64,000 nt of DNA from a virus (Duplodnaviria; Caudoviricetes). This document shows, in pieces, positions 32,601 to 42,365 of this stretch. The stretch lies in the IMG/VR virus record IMGVR_UViG_3300048802_000015, positions 1 to 64,000 of that record; one strand, 5' to 3'. The notes beneath the pieces were generated by a model. It searched no databases, was not told where the DNA came from, and worked only from the letters and a program-made list of their open reading frames with translations. Position 1 is the stretch's first letter. Each line of letters starts with the position of its first letter. The translations under genes and the position numbers were made by a program.

Positions 32601-33804
32601 CGTCGACCAACGAATTGGCGACGAGAGGCCCGTTAGACAGGGGGGCGAGATCACTGCCGAAGAACATGGTGAAGGACGACGCACTTGGGTCGAGCGACGG
32701 AGTCGACGTGCACGGGCTTCCGAGCTGGTTGGTCAGCGTGATCCCGTTGATGAATTTTCCGACGTCCGCAGATAAGTCGTAGAAGTCGCTTAGATCGATG
32801 GTGCCGTTAGTGAGCCCGCCTTGCGCCTGCGCGTCCCCGCGTGACTTCAGCAGCGCGGAGGAAATGTCGAAGTCCGCCGACGTGGCATCCGTATAGATGA
32901 TGCTCACGTGCACGACGCCGCCGTCGGCGACATCGTCGAGTTCGACCACGTCGCCAGCCAGGTGAAATGTGAAGCGAATGCTCCCGTTCTCCAAGACGTC
33001 AAAGTTTGGGTTTCCCCGGAGGTTGATATCGAGAGTGTTTCCTTCCCCGCCGAGCAATCCCCCTAGCAGTGGCCCCGGTATTCCCGGATGACCTGCAGCG
33101 AAGCGAGGCTTGATCAGGCGCACCATCATTCGCCCTGCGCCTATGAGAGGCGTGATGGCGCGAAGGCGGGCAGTAGTCTTGATTGCCACAGCCGCGACTT
33201 CGCTCATGCGACTTGTGAAGTCCGTGCCTGGCGCAGCGTCGATATAGCCTATGTGCCGATCATCCCCATTGTCTCCATCGAGGAAGACGTAGCGCACCTT
33301 GGTAATGTCCCAGTTAGCCACCTCGACACTATGCGACTGAGTAATGCCAAGCCAGCGATTGAGCATCGTCGCGTAGCCCTGTCTGATCAGCGCGTTCGAT
33401 GTGTCCTCGTCCGTCTCCCCGGCGGCCAACTTGCGTAATGGTAAACCGTTTAGCGATAGCCCAGGGTACAAGCGGGCCATGCCGACTTTGATGATCGTCT
33501 CGGTTGGCGCACCGCCGTTCAGCGTACAGTGGACGGTATAGGTCCCGTCTCGAATCATCCCGCTGTCGTCGTCGACGTTGAAGCCGGCTGTGGCGCCGGT
33601 ACTAAGTAGAATGGGCTCCGGACCTGGACCTCCCGCCATTGAACCCTCTGGCCTTCCCACCAGCTCCCACCGGTACGAGCTGACGCCCGTCGTATCGGTG
33701 AGGCTGAGCGAGAGCACGTCCCCGATGGCGAGGTCTTGCCGCCAACCAGTGATCGGAGTGCTGCCGTTGCGGGTGCTGACGATCTGGACGTTGTTGAAGG
33801 CCAT
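29617..33804 (-). CDS. Large tail fibre / receptor-binding virion protein
   Basis: 1395 aa, Gly/Ser/Thr/Pro beta-rich; last gene of the tail operon. Confidence 0.7.
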   Translation of the reverse strand: MAFNNVQIVSTRNGSTPITGWRQDLAIGDVLSLSLTDTTGVSSYRWELVGRPEGSMAGGPGPEPILLSTGATAGFNVDDDSGMIRDGTYTVHCTLNGGAPTETIIKVGMARLYPGLSLNGLPLRKLAAGETDEDTSNALIRQGYATMLNRWLGITQSHSVEVANWDITKVRYVFLDGDNGDDRHIGYIDAAPGTDFTSRMSEVAAVAIKTTARLRAITPLIGAGRMMVRLIKPRFAAGHPGIPGPLLGGLLGGEGNTLDINLRGNPNFDVLENGSIRFTFHLAGDVVELDDVADGGVVHVSIIYTDATSADFDISSALLKSRGDAQAQGGLTNGTIDLSDFYDLSADVGKFINGITLTNQLGSPCTSTPSLDPSASSFTMFFGSDLAPLSNGPLVANSLVDGSSTFSGSSWPNPILAGQQLRLVFDLVAAHPTASTWGPLALSSSQVITFADGSGHGGDTTITIPSSWDGDLGFPWDVSGLLGGTITSIDVEIPFAWSGGIGLDGAASQISIATDTAVPVVAVSAIGTSSSLVNVPVSPPVTIPASGPGTTLEITVVLAADTALVTVPIDAASLLAYAVTKITEFPVPDPRPNQDGTILLRPPSIFTDFIGWWVQKESTATVTAPYSNALPLVEPANLPMSIFLSGFGFGRTGIGVVDSMVVPHWTHQDNPANIGIVDGQGFIEVDFHLFPKSIAPILPAPVGYDDVTSGDGLGQDDRHLLADYQLIYTRGSDLTNSAADMAQQAFWVPPEVRGTGPTGDWAIESVSSIPEGVSVALTGANFTDPTVLASYRARVHTAGGQTLYGAIRWGGIDSTATNVIVLWFVPGTVAPGDSVWIEQPAAFLNSAQEAASYVCPTSGAQSYFAGLRFTSLSLGCQDDEHALCRVCDIVVDGMCSGVGSITADGNFLAENGSSPLFSAMGLVVLGGLNISRAQEVHLHFSSLTDLLGNFITADVVDLSHSAARALSVAGGSGGVVGGNDGGISLSDLQYGSLVLRPTLAVSCSRLRGVGAWSPSIVVNPNQFSTGLGSSSAVVQFQDVHKLTAAESEPSAPSITLLSGTYVVVFDHGDGTTMTAGNGVRVEYAPDPGDGSQPYTAVSWGSLRTTGFEVVGGQKVVCRITGRGYEGDLLPCPRCKGMAFATVETPAPLREGTIVSADVANPGKIRVADVTPPQRPIGFLATSTVTGGFALVSSDSTGGFLLSEDAGAIPAPGTQLYLSQTTPGTATGTPPASPVLLGLVQPSLWAALADVVHSTWEPEFGVTSRFGALQMLQSEATGGSYFAIDTYEMVLSISATPLTASSKWVLQATVSCQDNTVSNIISIGIFVDGSLEDAVSVTLPADPANARCSLALVVTTGFLTVAAHTFEVKIKQSLAGTIQVGSDQSANLVAVEYGTL

Positions 33805-33807
33805 GGT

Positions 33808-35292
33808 CTACCTCGCTAGGCGGGGGATGAACATGTTGTAGGCCATCGGAATAGGCACCCAAGTGGTGGTCGCTGCTAGACCAAGATGCAGTAGATTCAC
33901 TGGCGCCTTGGCGCTCTCTGGTTGCATTCTGTCGGTGGCTGGAGATGCCGAGAGTGATCCTCTCAAAAACGCGCCCGTATCGCCATTTAGGACCGATACC
34001 GTTCCAGTTCCTCCCGTCACTGCGCCACCCAGAAGAACGAGAGCGCCAGGCTCTAGCGAGAATGGGCTGGAGGCTAATACGAGCGGCGCTGTGACTGCAC
34101 CAGTGATCGTGTTCTCCGTAAATCCGATCCGCACAGTTTGTACTGTTTGCGCAGAGTAGATCCAGTCGCCATCGTAGAACGCTGGCACGTTCGTCACCCC
34201 TCCCGCCGCTCTGAATCGCACCCCGACATAGCAGCAGGCAGCGCGGGGAAAGGTGACGCCAGCGTAAACCAGATCTGCCTTGGGATAGCCGAGAGAATCT
34301 GGGACCGTAGTGCTCTCCAAAAAGATGACTGGGGCGTAGTCTTTGGGACCGCCAATGAACAGAGAAGTGCGCGATCTCCAGGGCGCCGTTCTCCCGCCGC
34401 AAAGATACATGTATGTCGGAAGATCGTTGGTGGCGGGAGCAGACCCTGGCGCATGGGCGGTGTCCACCAGCATGTTGAGATTGCCACTGTTTCGCCAGGT
34501 TAGTAGCTCGCCGTCGATAACGAGCCTGTGAACGATGTCTCCCAGGAGAACGGGACTGGCATCGGTCGGCAAGTATGGTTCGCAGCCCTTGAGGATTCCG
34601 TGCTGGCTCGTGCCTGGGAATTCGATCGTCCGCCACGCCCGGCGGACAATGAAGAACGACGTCGAGTCGGCTACCGATGGCGGCACCACCACCTCGAACA
34701 GTGCTTGTGTCCCAGCGGGCACTGCGGGCGCAAGAGGCGTCGACGCTGCCGCTCCGACCACCACGCTCAATGTGGCGACTGGGTTGCTCGTCTTGTAGAC
34801 GTTCTCCGGCGATATCGCGCGGGTCACCGGGTCGAGAAGAATGTTCCGGTTCGTCGCGTCGGTGAGTGCATCGCCCGGCGTGCCCACAATCAGGCAGACC
34901 TTCGGGTTCGTTGCGTCCGGTGCCCCGCCTCCCGGCCACGAGATCGTCTGGGCGGGCCAGCGGAGAAGCTGGTAACCGGAGACGTCAGCGCTGTCTGGGG
35001 TACCGGGAAGCTCGGTTTCTCCTGCCCCGATGTCCATATCGAAGACACCGGCCTTCCCGGCAAGGCTGGCCGCCTTGGTGGCCCCGGACAACGGGATTGC
35101 TTGGGACAGCTTCCCGGCGGCTGTGAAGTCGTCGAAGGTGTTGGTCTCGGGCGTGTAGAAGTCCGCGCGCACGGCTCGCGCCATCGCATGGTCCATCAGC
35201 TCACGACCGGACAGGTGGCCCATGCGGTTGAGGTCAGACGACATGACCTGTTCGCGTGCCGATTGGTTCATTCGAGTTGGATTGCCGGGCAT
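33808..35292 (-). CDS. Tail/baseplate structural protein
   Basis: Position between baseplate and fibre genes; composition. Confidence 0.6.
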   Translation of the reverse strand: MPGNPTRMNQSAREQVMSSDLNRMGHLSGRELMDHAMARAVRADFYTPETNTFDDFTAAGKLSQAIPLSGATKAASLAGKAGVFDMDIGAGETELPGTPDSADVSGYQLLRWPAQTISWPGGGAPDATNPKVCLIVGTPGDALTDATNRNILLDPVTRAISPENVYKTSNPVATLSVVVGAAASTPLAPAVPAGTQALFEVVVPPSVADSTSFFIVRRAWRTIEFPGTSQHGILKGCEPYLPTDASPVLLGDIVHRLVIDGELLTWRNSGNLNMLVDTAHAPGSAPATNDLPTYMYLCGGRTAPWRSRTSLFIGGPKDYAPVIFLESTTVPDSLGYPKADLVYAGVTFPRAACCYVGVRFRAAGGVTNVPAFYDGDWIYSAQTVQTVRIGFTENTITGAVTAPLVLASSPFSLEPGALVLLGGAVTGGTGTVSVLNGDTGAFLRGSLSASPATDRMQPESAKAPVNLLHLGLAATTTWVPIPMAYNMFIPRLAR

Positions 35293-35316
35293 GGTGTATT
35301 CCTTTCGATCAGTCCA

Positions 35317-36756
35317 TTACAGCGTCATTTCCGTGACCCAGAAGGTTCCGACGGCTCGCAAGGTTGCCGAGACGCTGCTCTTGACCAGTACGGCGATGCC
35401 CATGACCTGGTCATGGTAGTAGCCGAGGTTCACGAGATCTTGTTTGCGCAAGGGCAGGCACTCCGTCGGGCTGACCCACGGCGTGGCTATCGACCCAGCA
35501 CCGGCCAGCGCCAGCACCACCATGAACGCATCGGTGGTCGGGTCCAGCGGTCCCGTCACGCTGACGACGCCTTCCCGAAGCATCCAGGCCTTACCGGCAA
35601 TCGGCGTCAGCGCAAATGCCACTGTTCCTCCGGGGTCTGCTACGACTTCGCCAACGCCGTCGAGCCTCGTGCCGTTCTCGATGTAGGTGTCGAACTGCAC
35701 ACCGCCGGCCTTCTTGACCCGCGCCTCCTCGCCCAGCCCTAGCAGCGCCGTCTGGAGTTGCGGGTGGAGTGCAATGTCCGGGTAGCCCCAGACCTCGTCG
35801 TCACAGAACCCATCGTCGTCGCAGTAGAGCACCGACCCGTCCGGCTCGTGCAGCTCTCCATTCACGCTGATTCGGAAGTACGCCCGAGCCTCGCGGATCC
35901 CGGTGTCCTCGACGACGTCATCGCAGAAGGCATCGTCGCCGAACTCGGAATCGAAGAACCCGAGCGAATACTGGGTCAGCAGTGCCGGGCTGGCCAGTGG
36001 GTTGAACGGCTCAAGGATCGTCACGTCCATCAGCCCGCCGTTTTGCGCCAGTCCGTGAATAGCCGTCGCAACCGCGATCGGGCTTACCGCATCCGGGAAG
36101 AGTCGGATCCTTGCCCGGTATTCCTCGGTGGCCTCGCCCGGCTGCCGCCGCTGGCTGCGCTCGTCACCGTGGGCAGAGAGCCAGTCAGCCGCCGCCTGCG
36201 TGATGGCCGTAGACGATGAGTACCGAAGCGCGTGACCATCATCCGTGGCGCCGGGACCGAGCACCGCATTGCTGGCTGAATCCAAGATCAGCGGGGCGGC
36301 GGTGGCCGTGGACATCAAGTCGCCGACGTTCAGCAGTAAATCGAACGCCGGATCGTAGGTGTTGACCAGCTCGGTCTGGCGCAAGGTCTGAAGCGGTAGA
36401 TCGAAGGTCTGAGGACTTGGCCCGGCCGGGATGAGGATCGGCTGCGCCAGAACTAGCGCAATTCCTTCGTCGGTCGCGAATGGGTATCCCTGCGGAAGAG
36501 CAATGGTACCGGCGCCGAGGTTGCGGCTCACGGTCAGCGTGCACACCCCCGGCGTCCCCCCCGGCGCGTCTGAAATCGTGCAACGATCGGCTTGGTCTTG
36601 CAGGGCCTGGCTTGTGGCGGCGGCGATAGCGGTGCGCGCGTTCAGCACAGCAGTGCCATCGGGTCCGGAAAGCTCGGCTGCCAGCCAACCTTCGTCGCTC
36701 GTTCGCTTGAGGAGCGCGAGCGCCTGGCTTTGAGTGAGTGGTCCCGAGTCAGCCAT
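35317..36756 (-). CDS. Baseplate wedge / tail protein I-like
   Basis: QRRQPGEATEEYRARI motif typical of wedge proteins; follows baseplate J. Confidence 0.6.
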   Translation of the reverse strand: MADSGPLTQSQALALLKRTSDEGWLAAELSGPDGTAVLNARTAIAAATSQALQDQADRCTISDAPGGTPGVCTLTVSRNLGAGTIALPQGYPFATDEGIALVLAQPILIPAGPSPQTFDLPLQTLRQTELVNTYDPAFDLLLNVGDLMSTATAAPLILDSASNAVLGPGATDDGHALRYSSSTAITQAAADWLSAHGDERSQRRQPGEATEEYRARIRLFPDAVSPIAVATAIHGLAQNGGLMDVTILEPFNPLASPALLTQYSLGFFDSEFGDDAFCDDVVEDTGIREARAYFRISVNGELHEPDGSVLYCDDDGFCDDEVWGYPDIALHPQLQTALLGLGEEARVKKAGGVQFDTYIENGTRLDGVGEVVADPGGTVAFALTPIAGKAWMLREGVVSVTGPLDPTTDAFMVVLALAGAGSIATPWVSPTECLPLRKQDLVNLGYYHDQVMGIAVLVKSSVSATLRAVGTFWVTEMTL

Positions 36757-37429
36757 GGCATCCGTCCCGCTTGTCTTCGGCTATCGCTCGCGCGATTTGG
36801 GCGAAGGCGATATCATCGTAGTAGCCTAGACTACATTGCTTGCCGTCAATGCGTATGCTCGCTCCCCACTTCTTGATTCTTTTGTGCCACGACACGCCTT
36901 GGCACCCACTCGTATTTGCCTTCTTCATACGTTGATTGCGTGCCTGCTGTGTTGCTGTCGCCCATTGACAGTTTCCAGGTTCGTAATTGCCGTCGTTGTC
37001 ACGGCGGTCAATCGAATGCTTCGGCGATGGACGCTGCCCCATGTCGGCTAGAAAGTTCTCGAACTTCAGCCATCGCTCACAGACCGTGATGCCACGCACG
37101 ACGTAGTTTGCATGATCTTTGCCTGTTCTTTTGTGCGTCCGCTGGATCATTGACCACCACACCACATACTCTGGAGTTGCTGGCCTATTCACTGTTCTCG
37201 CCTTGGAACATCCATGCGTTAATCGTGCCGCCGCTGCTCTTTCCTTTTGCAGACATCCACATGATTGTGTCTCGCCCTTGCGCAGAGACCGCCCTATGAC
37301 TACCTTTTCTTTCCCACAATCACACTTGCAGATAAATCTTTTTTTCTCTCCGTGTTGGCAGTCTCCAAACGGAGCCAATACGGTGAGCCGTCCATGCCTT
37401 TCCCCTACCATTTGAACGTAGCGTATCAC
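36749..37429 (-). CDS. HNH-like homing endonuclease with AP2 domain, inserted in the baseplate operon
   Basis: Same motifs as 26854-27504; AT-richer than the flanking genes. Confidence 0.82.
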   Translation of the reverse strand: MIRYVQMVGERHGRLTVLAPFGDCQHGEKKRFICKCDCGKEKVVIGRSLRKGETQSCGCLQKERAAAARLTHGCSKARTVNRPATPEYVVWWSMIQRTHKRTGKDHANYVVRGITVCERWLKFENFLADMGQRPSPKHSIDRRDNDGNYEPGNCQWATATQQARNQRMKKANTSGCQGVSWHKRIKKWGASIRIDGKQCSLGYYDDIAFAQIARAIAEDKRDGCHG

Positions 37430-38562
37430 GTGAACGTCACTCCGGTGCTGAGGACTCGAATCATGGTTGTTGGGGTTGCCGGAACTACGTCAAATGCAGG
37501 TACAACAAGAGAATCGTCGGCAATTATTACGCCAGGAACACTTCTGGCGGCGCTAATTAGACTTGATCGATATAGCGTTCCACCCTCCGGTCCTGGGCTA
37601 AGATACTGCGCAAGAGCCACGCTGACCGCGCGAATTCTCGCCACCGCCAGCGCCTCAGAAAAGCCGGTGAGGAAGGCGAGCTTCCACGTGACCGCCTGTT
37701 GCACAACCTGGCCGCCCAGCACCTGCACCGGGATTCCCGCCGCCCTGAACTCTAGCAGCGTGTCGATCACTGCCTGGATCATGACCGAGCTCGCATTTCC
37801 CGCCCTATCCCCGATCACGAGCTGAACGAACGCCGCAGGGAAGCCTGTGGTTGGATTCGCGATCTCCGTCGCAGTGGCCACGGCCACGCCATCCACCTGC
37901 AGAGCGCCGAACTGGATCGCCCCGAGCACGCCCCGGCGCAGCGTCGGGAAGAACCCGCGCACCCGGCCGATCAGTTGGATGTCGGTCTCGGTCTCTGTCC
38001 CGCCGGACGCGGTGGAAGGGTTCCCGAACGAGTCTAGGGCTGGTGCCACGGTCAGCGTCGAATCGAACGGCTGGTCGACGAATGCCAGGAGCGTGTTGCC
38101 AGGAAGGTTCCCGGCCTCGCCAGCAACCAGAGCGGTGACCGAGACGGGCAGGCTCAGGTCGGTCGTGCCGAAGACTACGTCAGCGTTCGTTCCGTATTGG
38201 GTGCCGTCCGGAGCCGTGATGCGCGAGCCAGACGAGTAGGTCCCGGTGCTGGGCCCGCTCGGACGGCTCAGTATCAGATCCCAAGTCGCGGGCGTAGCGC
38301 TGAAGCGGAGGAGACCGGTCCTGTCGAAAACCCCGCGGTCGAGCTGCGCCCCGCGGGCGCTGTCGATGAACGCTCCTCGCACGGCGTCCGCGCCTCTTTT
38401 CACAATCTCTTGCCCGAGCACGGCGCTGGTGCCTACGGCGATGTTTATGTTCGAGCCTGGGACGTCGACCACGGCAGGATTCACCCGCGTGCCAGGCGTC
38501 GTCACCACGGCGCGCCGCCCTACTTGGAAAAGTTCACTTGCAGTGGGGAACAATGACGGCAT
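37426..38562 (-). CDS. Baseplate J/gp47-like protein
   Basis: TALVAGEAGNLP, SGGTETETD..L..R, GALQVDGV motifs. Confidence 0.85.
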   Translation of the reverse strand: MPSLFPTASELFQVGRRAVVTTPGTRVNPAVVDVPGSNINIAVGTSAVLGQEIVKRGADAVRGAFIDSARGAQLDRGVFDRTGLLRFSATPATWDLILSRPSGPSTGTYSSGSRITAPDGTQYGTNADVVFGTTDLSLPVSVTALVAGEAGNLPGNTLLAFVDQPFDSTLTVAPALDSFGNPSTASGGTETETDIQLIGRVRGFFPTLRRGVLGAIQFGALQVDGVAVATATEIANPTTGFPAAFVQLVIGDRAGNASSVMIQAVIDTLLEFRAAGIPVQVLGGQVVQQAVTWKLAFLTGFSEALAVARIRAVSVALAQYLSPGPEGGTLYRSSLISAARSVPGVIIADDSLVVPAFDVVPATPTTMIRVLSTGVTFT

Positions 38563-38581
38563 CTGGCACCTAGCCTATCAC

Positions 38582-39391
38582 TTAGGTCGTTGTCCGTGTC
38601 GAGAACGTAAATACCTGGTTGGTCTTGGTTTGGACTCGCTCGTCGACGATGGCCAGCCCTCGCGCGTCGACCGTGACCTGAATCGCCGCGTCCTGCACAT
38701 CTGGCTCCTGCTTGAGCTGCTGGCGCAGGTCGGCCTGTAGCGCCCCGATGCGGTTCGTCACCATGGGCGCCTTGGGCTGGAATACGCTCCCGTAGCCGGG
38801 CAGGTGGGCGAAGGCGTTCTTCGCCGTCAGGGTCCGGCGCAGGCAGCGCATCTTCGTGCTCGGGATGCCGGTCACGTTGTCGATGTCGCCGTTCGTCGCC
38901 GTGAGGCCGTTGTCACCGCTGGCGAAGTCGATGATCCCCTGCTTGGCGCGGGTCTGGCGATTTCTGGTTGGCCTGGTGGCCCCGACGAAGGGCTGGCTGT
39001 AGGGGAAGCCCATGGTGTCGCCGTCGCCGGCAACCAGGCGCGGGGTCACGGTCAGAGAGTACGAAAGCCCCACCACCAAGGGCCGGTCGGTCTGGACATC
39101 GATCCCGACCTCGCCCGCGTTCAGGAGCCCGAAGGCCGGGAACTGAATCACGGCCGCCGTGGCGACGCAGAGTGGCTTGGTACCGGTGCCCGTGGTGAGC
39201 ACCACGTCGTAGTTGGCGCCGTTCAGTCCGTCGTTGTTCGCAGCCGAGCTCTTGGTCCTTGGAGCCTTGTTGAAGACCGCGCGCACGATCTGGCCGGCGA
39301 CTGCGATGGCCCGGACCAGGTGCAACCCGCCACCACCACCCATTGGGTCGCCGAATGCTTCACCGCCGAAACCGCCGAATGTGGTCATCAC
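38582..39391 (-). CDS. Baseplate protein with a C-terminal gp25/GpW-like domain
   Basis: CLRRTLT..FAHLPGYGS..QQLKQEPDV. Confidence 0.65.
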   Translation of the reverse strand: MMTTFGGFGGEAFGDPMGGGGGLHLVRAIAVAGQIVRAVFNKAPRTKSSAANNDGLNGANYDVVLTTGTGTKPLCVATAAVIQFPAFGLLNAGEVGIDVQTDRPLVVGLSYSLTVTPRLVAGDGDTMGFPYSQPFVGATRPTRNRQTRAKQGIIDFASGDNGLTATNGDIDNVTGIPSTKMRCLRRTLTAKNAFAHLPGYGSVFQPKAPMVTNRIGALQADLRQQLKQEPDVQDAAIQVTVDARGLAIVDERVQTKTNQVFTFSTRTTT

Positions 39392-40122
39392 ACAGTCCTT
39401 GTTTTGGGTGAAAGGTACGGCAGCTTTTTGAAAGCCGCTATCGCGGTCGCAAGACCAGAAGCCGGAGGCCCAAGCTCACTGTGCACGCCCGCCACTGCAT
39501 TCGCATAGGCTTGCATGGCGTCGGCCAGTGCATTGATAGCTGTCTGTAAATTGTCGCCCTGCGGGACCGGGTGCTGGGCATCTGCGGCCCCGAGTTGGAC
39601 CTGGTCCTGCTTTACCCAGATGCACGTCGGGCCAGCGGCGATCGATGCCTTGCCCTTTACGCAGCGCAGATCGAAGTCCGTCGTGGCCAGGTAGACCAGC
39701 CGGCGCTTGTTGTCGAAGATCGGAACCCCGGCGGCCATGGGCTGCTTGGCCGAGCGACTGTGCAGAATGTGGGTGATGACCGGGGTCATCAAATCCCCAC
39801 CGGGGCACTCGACCAGCACCTGGTCGCCGGGGCGAATCGGGCCGATGTCGCTCGATTCGGCATCACCCTTGCTCCAGAGGGCCGTGACCATCTGCTCGAG
39901 CGGTTCGAGCTTGACGTCGCACTCCACGCCCTCGGGACCGTTCCAGATTGCGTGGGGGTCGTCGGGGTGGAACTCGCCCTGGTCGTCGATGGTCCCAACC
40001 GTGCCGCGGCTGCACCAGTAGCGGGTGTCCATACCGGGCGAGGCGATGCCTTCCCGAAGAGCACTCACGTCGATGCTGCCCACGACGCGCGTGCCGAAAC
40101 GGTGGGCGGCAGAACGGCTCAA
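39388..40122 (-). CDS. Baseplate spike (gpV/gp45-like)
   Basis: OB-fold-like N-terminus, PGDQVLVECPGGD; position after the hub gene. Confidence 0.7.
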   Translation of the reverse strand: MSRSAAHRFGTRVVGSIDVSALREGIASPGMDTRYWCSRGTVGTIDDQGEFHPDDPHAIWNGPEGVECDVKLEPLEQMVTALWSKGDAESSDIGPIRPGDQVLVECPGGDLMTPVITHILHSRSAKQPMAAGVPIFDNKRRLVYLATTDFDLRCVKGKASIAAGPTCIWVKQDQVQLGAADAQHPVPQGDNLQTAINALADAMQAYANAVAGVHSELGPPASGLATAIAAFKKLPYLSPKTRTV

Positions 40123-42365
40123 GGCTGCCCCTTCTGCGCCGCCAACTGCGCCTCGTCGGTAAGCTGCTTGGTCTTCTTGTCCGCGGCCGAGACCCGAATG
40201 TTCTTCTTGCCTCGCTTGGCCGGCTTGAGCTTGCGGCGGTCGTTCATGGCCTTGTCGTCGTCGCTCATACTGGCCGGGTCGTTGTCGGGCATGTAGTTGA
40301 CCAGCTCCATCGTGGCCTTGAACCCATCCCCCTCCTCGGCCGAGCAGTGGGTCTTGATGGAGCGCACATAGAAAATGTCCGGCAGCTTGGCGGCGTCGTA
40401 GGCCCGCTGTATTCGCTGCGCCATCTGGTCGATCGCGGTCGTGTTGTTCTGCCCGTCGGTGCTGAGCCAGTTTCCCCAGCGTTCGCGCTGCTTCTCGATC
40501 AGCTCACGGATGTTGCCGCCCTTGCTGCCGTAGAAGTCCGAAAGACTGGAGATGACTAGGTTGTCGTCCTTCTGGCTGGCCACCACTACCCGCACCGGGC
40601 TCCCCGAGCAGAGGCGCATCAAGTCCGGGTCGTCGTTCTCGCACTTGACCAGCGTCTGTGTACGCAAGCTGGCGTCCGGATCCATGTAGCTCGAAAGATC
40701 GTCGGTCTCCAGCTCGATCGAAAGCTCGGCCCGCGTGAGCTGATGGTAAATGGACACGGCCGCGTCTTCGAGCTGCTGCTGGTTCCGTACCCCCTGAAGT
40801 ACGAAGGTGCGAACGATGTCGACCTTGCCCCCGCCCTTGGCCGTCTGTTTGCGCGACTTCCCCTTGGGCTTCCCGGTACCCTTGGCGGCGGCATGGATGT
40901 CCCCCTTCGTTGAGGGGAAGCGCGCCTTCATGACCCGCAAAGTGGCACTGGCGTCGGGATTGTAGGCCCTGACCTCAACCGCCGTGGGTCGCGTTCTGCC
41001 CATCTTTCGGCTGAGCTTCATCGACTTGATGTTGTGGCCCCAGACCATGAAACGAACGTCGCTGGTCCATCGCCCAGACTCGTCGCTGAACTCGCGCGTG
41101 AAGCGATCCCGAGACCCACCGGCCACGCGAATGTGCGCGTCGGTGATGTCGTCCATGAAGCACTGGGGAGGACTGAGGAGCAGATAGTTGGCAATGTCGG
41201 TCTTCGACTGCCCGAAAGTGATGATCTTCTTTCCGCCGTCCTGCGAGCCAGTCAGTGCCGTTTGGGTGCCGTCGTTGTTGAACGATGCCGACGACAGTGC
41301 CGGCTGGTAGAGCGGCATGCACCCGCACAGTTCGCAAGCCTGCGTGATGAGATCCCAGATCGACATGCCGTCTGGGGTAACGGACTTGGACGGCATTGAA
41401 GCCTGCCCGCCCTGGGCACTGTCTCCGGTGCCATTTGGATCGACCTCGGCGGCCGGCGATTCGGATTGGATCGGAGGCTCTTGCCCCGGCTGCGCTCCGT
41501 TGGCACGGTTGCGTGATTGGGCCGTCTGCAATGACCGAAGGAGATCCTTGCGTCCGAGCTTGGGTTCCTTGGCCGGGTCGGCGGCAAACCAAACCGCCTG
41601 GAAAGGATCCCCGCCAGCATCGCCTGCAGTCGGAGGGTACTGCGCCAGGATGCGGTTGATGTACGTGGTGAGGAACTCCTCGTCACCATGGATCCTGTAG
41701 GCCGGCGCGTGTGGGTTGATCTTGCCGTCGATCAGTACCGATTCATAGCTGCGGGCCTTGATGTGGATGGTCGCGACTGAATCGCTGTGCTCCATCTCGG
41801 GCATGTCCACGTAGCCATTGAAGCGGCGAATACAGGTCTTCGACGGGATAGCCTTCAGGTGCCAGTTGTCTGGCGTCCCAAAGTCGGCGGAACTGACCGT
41901 GCCGAGATAGCCCTCGACGCGGCACTCGCGAATGATCCGCGGGTCGAGCGGCATGTCGATGAACGGAAACGTCGCCGTCAGTTGGGCGGCCTCGCGAAAG
42001 CCGCGGTCTTCGATCTCCATCTCGGCCGGCACGGTCACGAACTGGACCGAGAAGTCATCCCCCGGCCCGTTCTTGTCCACGGCCGAGCCAGTGACTAGCT
42101 TGGCTTTCTGCTTTTCGAGCTTCGCGTTGGTAGCGCGCAGGGTGCCTGCCTTGCCCTTGCTGCGTGAGGTGCCCAGAACCGAGGCCACTTCCTCTTGGGC
42201 AATGGCGGTTTCGTTCGTGCTGATCTGGGCATCGATCGCCTTGGACGTGGTGTCGAAGGGGGAGTCGGTGGTCTGCGGCGTGGAGTTGTCGGCTGCTCCA
42301 AAATCTTCCAAGCGCACAAAAAGCCTAAGATACCAGCTCGGTCTATACATTCTCGATTCAGCCAT
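40119..42365 (-). CDS. Baseplate hub (gp27/late control D-like)
   Basis: 748 aa, MSIWDLI..CEL..G motif; position before the spike gene. Confidence 0.65.
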   Translation of the reverse strand: MAESRMYRPSWYLRLFVRLEDFGAADNSTPQTTDSPFDTTSKAIDAQISTNETAIAQEEVASVLGTSRSKGKAGTLRATNAKLEKQKAKLVTGSAVDKNGPGDDFSVQFVTVPAEMEIEDRGFREAAQLTATFPFIDMPLDPRIIRECRVEGYLGTVSSADFGTPDNWHLKAIPSKTCIRRFNGYVDMPEMEHSDSVATIHIKARSYESVLIDGKINPHAPAYRIHGDEEFLTTYINRILAQYPPTAGDAGGDPFQAVWFAADPAKEPKLGRKDLLRSLQTAQSRNRANGAQPGQEPPIQSESPAAEVDPNGTGDSAQGGQASMPSKSVTPDGMSIWDLITQACELCGCMPLYQPALSSASFNNDGTQTALTGSQDGGKKIITFGQSKTDIANYLLLSPPQCFMDDITDAHIRVAGGSRDRFTREFSDESGRWTSDVRFMVWGHNIKSMKLSRKMGRTRPTAVEVRAYNPDASATLRVMKARFPSTKGDIHAAAKGTGKPKGKSRKQTAKGGGKVDIVRTFVLQGVRNQQQLEDAAVSIYHQLTRAELSIELETDDLSSYMDPDASLRTQTLVKCENDDPDLMRLCSGSPVRVVVASQKDDNLVISSLSDFYGSKGGNIRELIEKQRERWGNWLSTDGQNNTTAIDQMAQRIQRAYDAAKLPDIFYVRSIKTHCSAEEGDGFKATMELVNYMPDNDPASMSDDDKAMNDRRKLKPAKRGKKNIRVSAADKKTKQLTDEAQLAAQKGQP

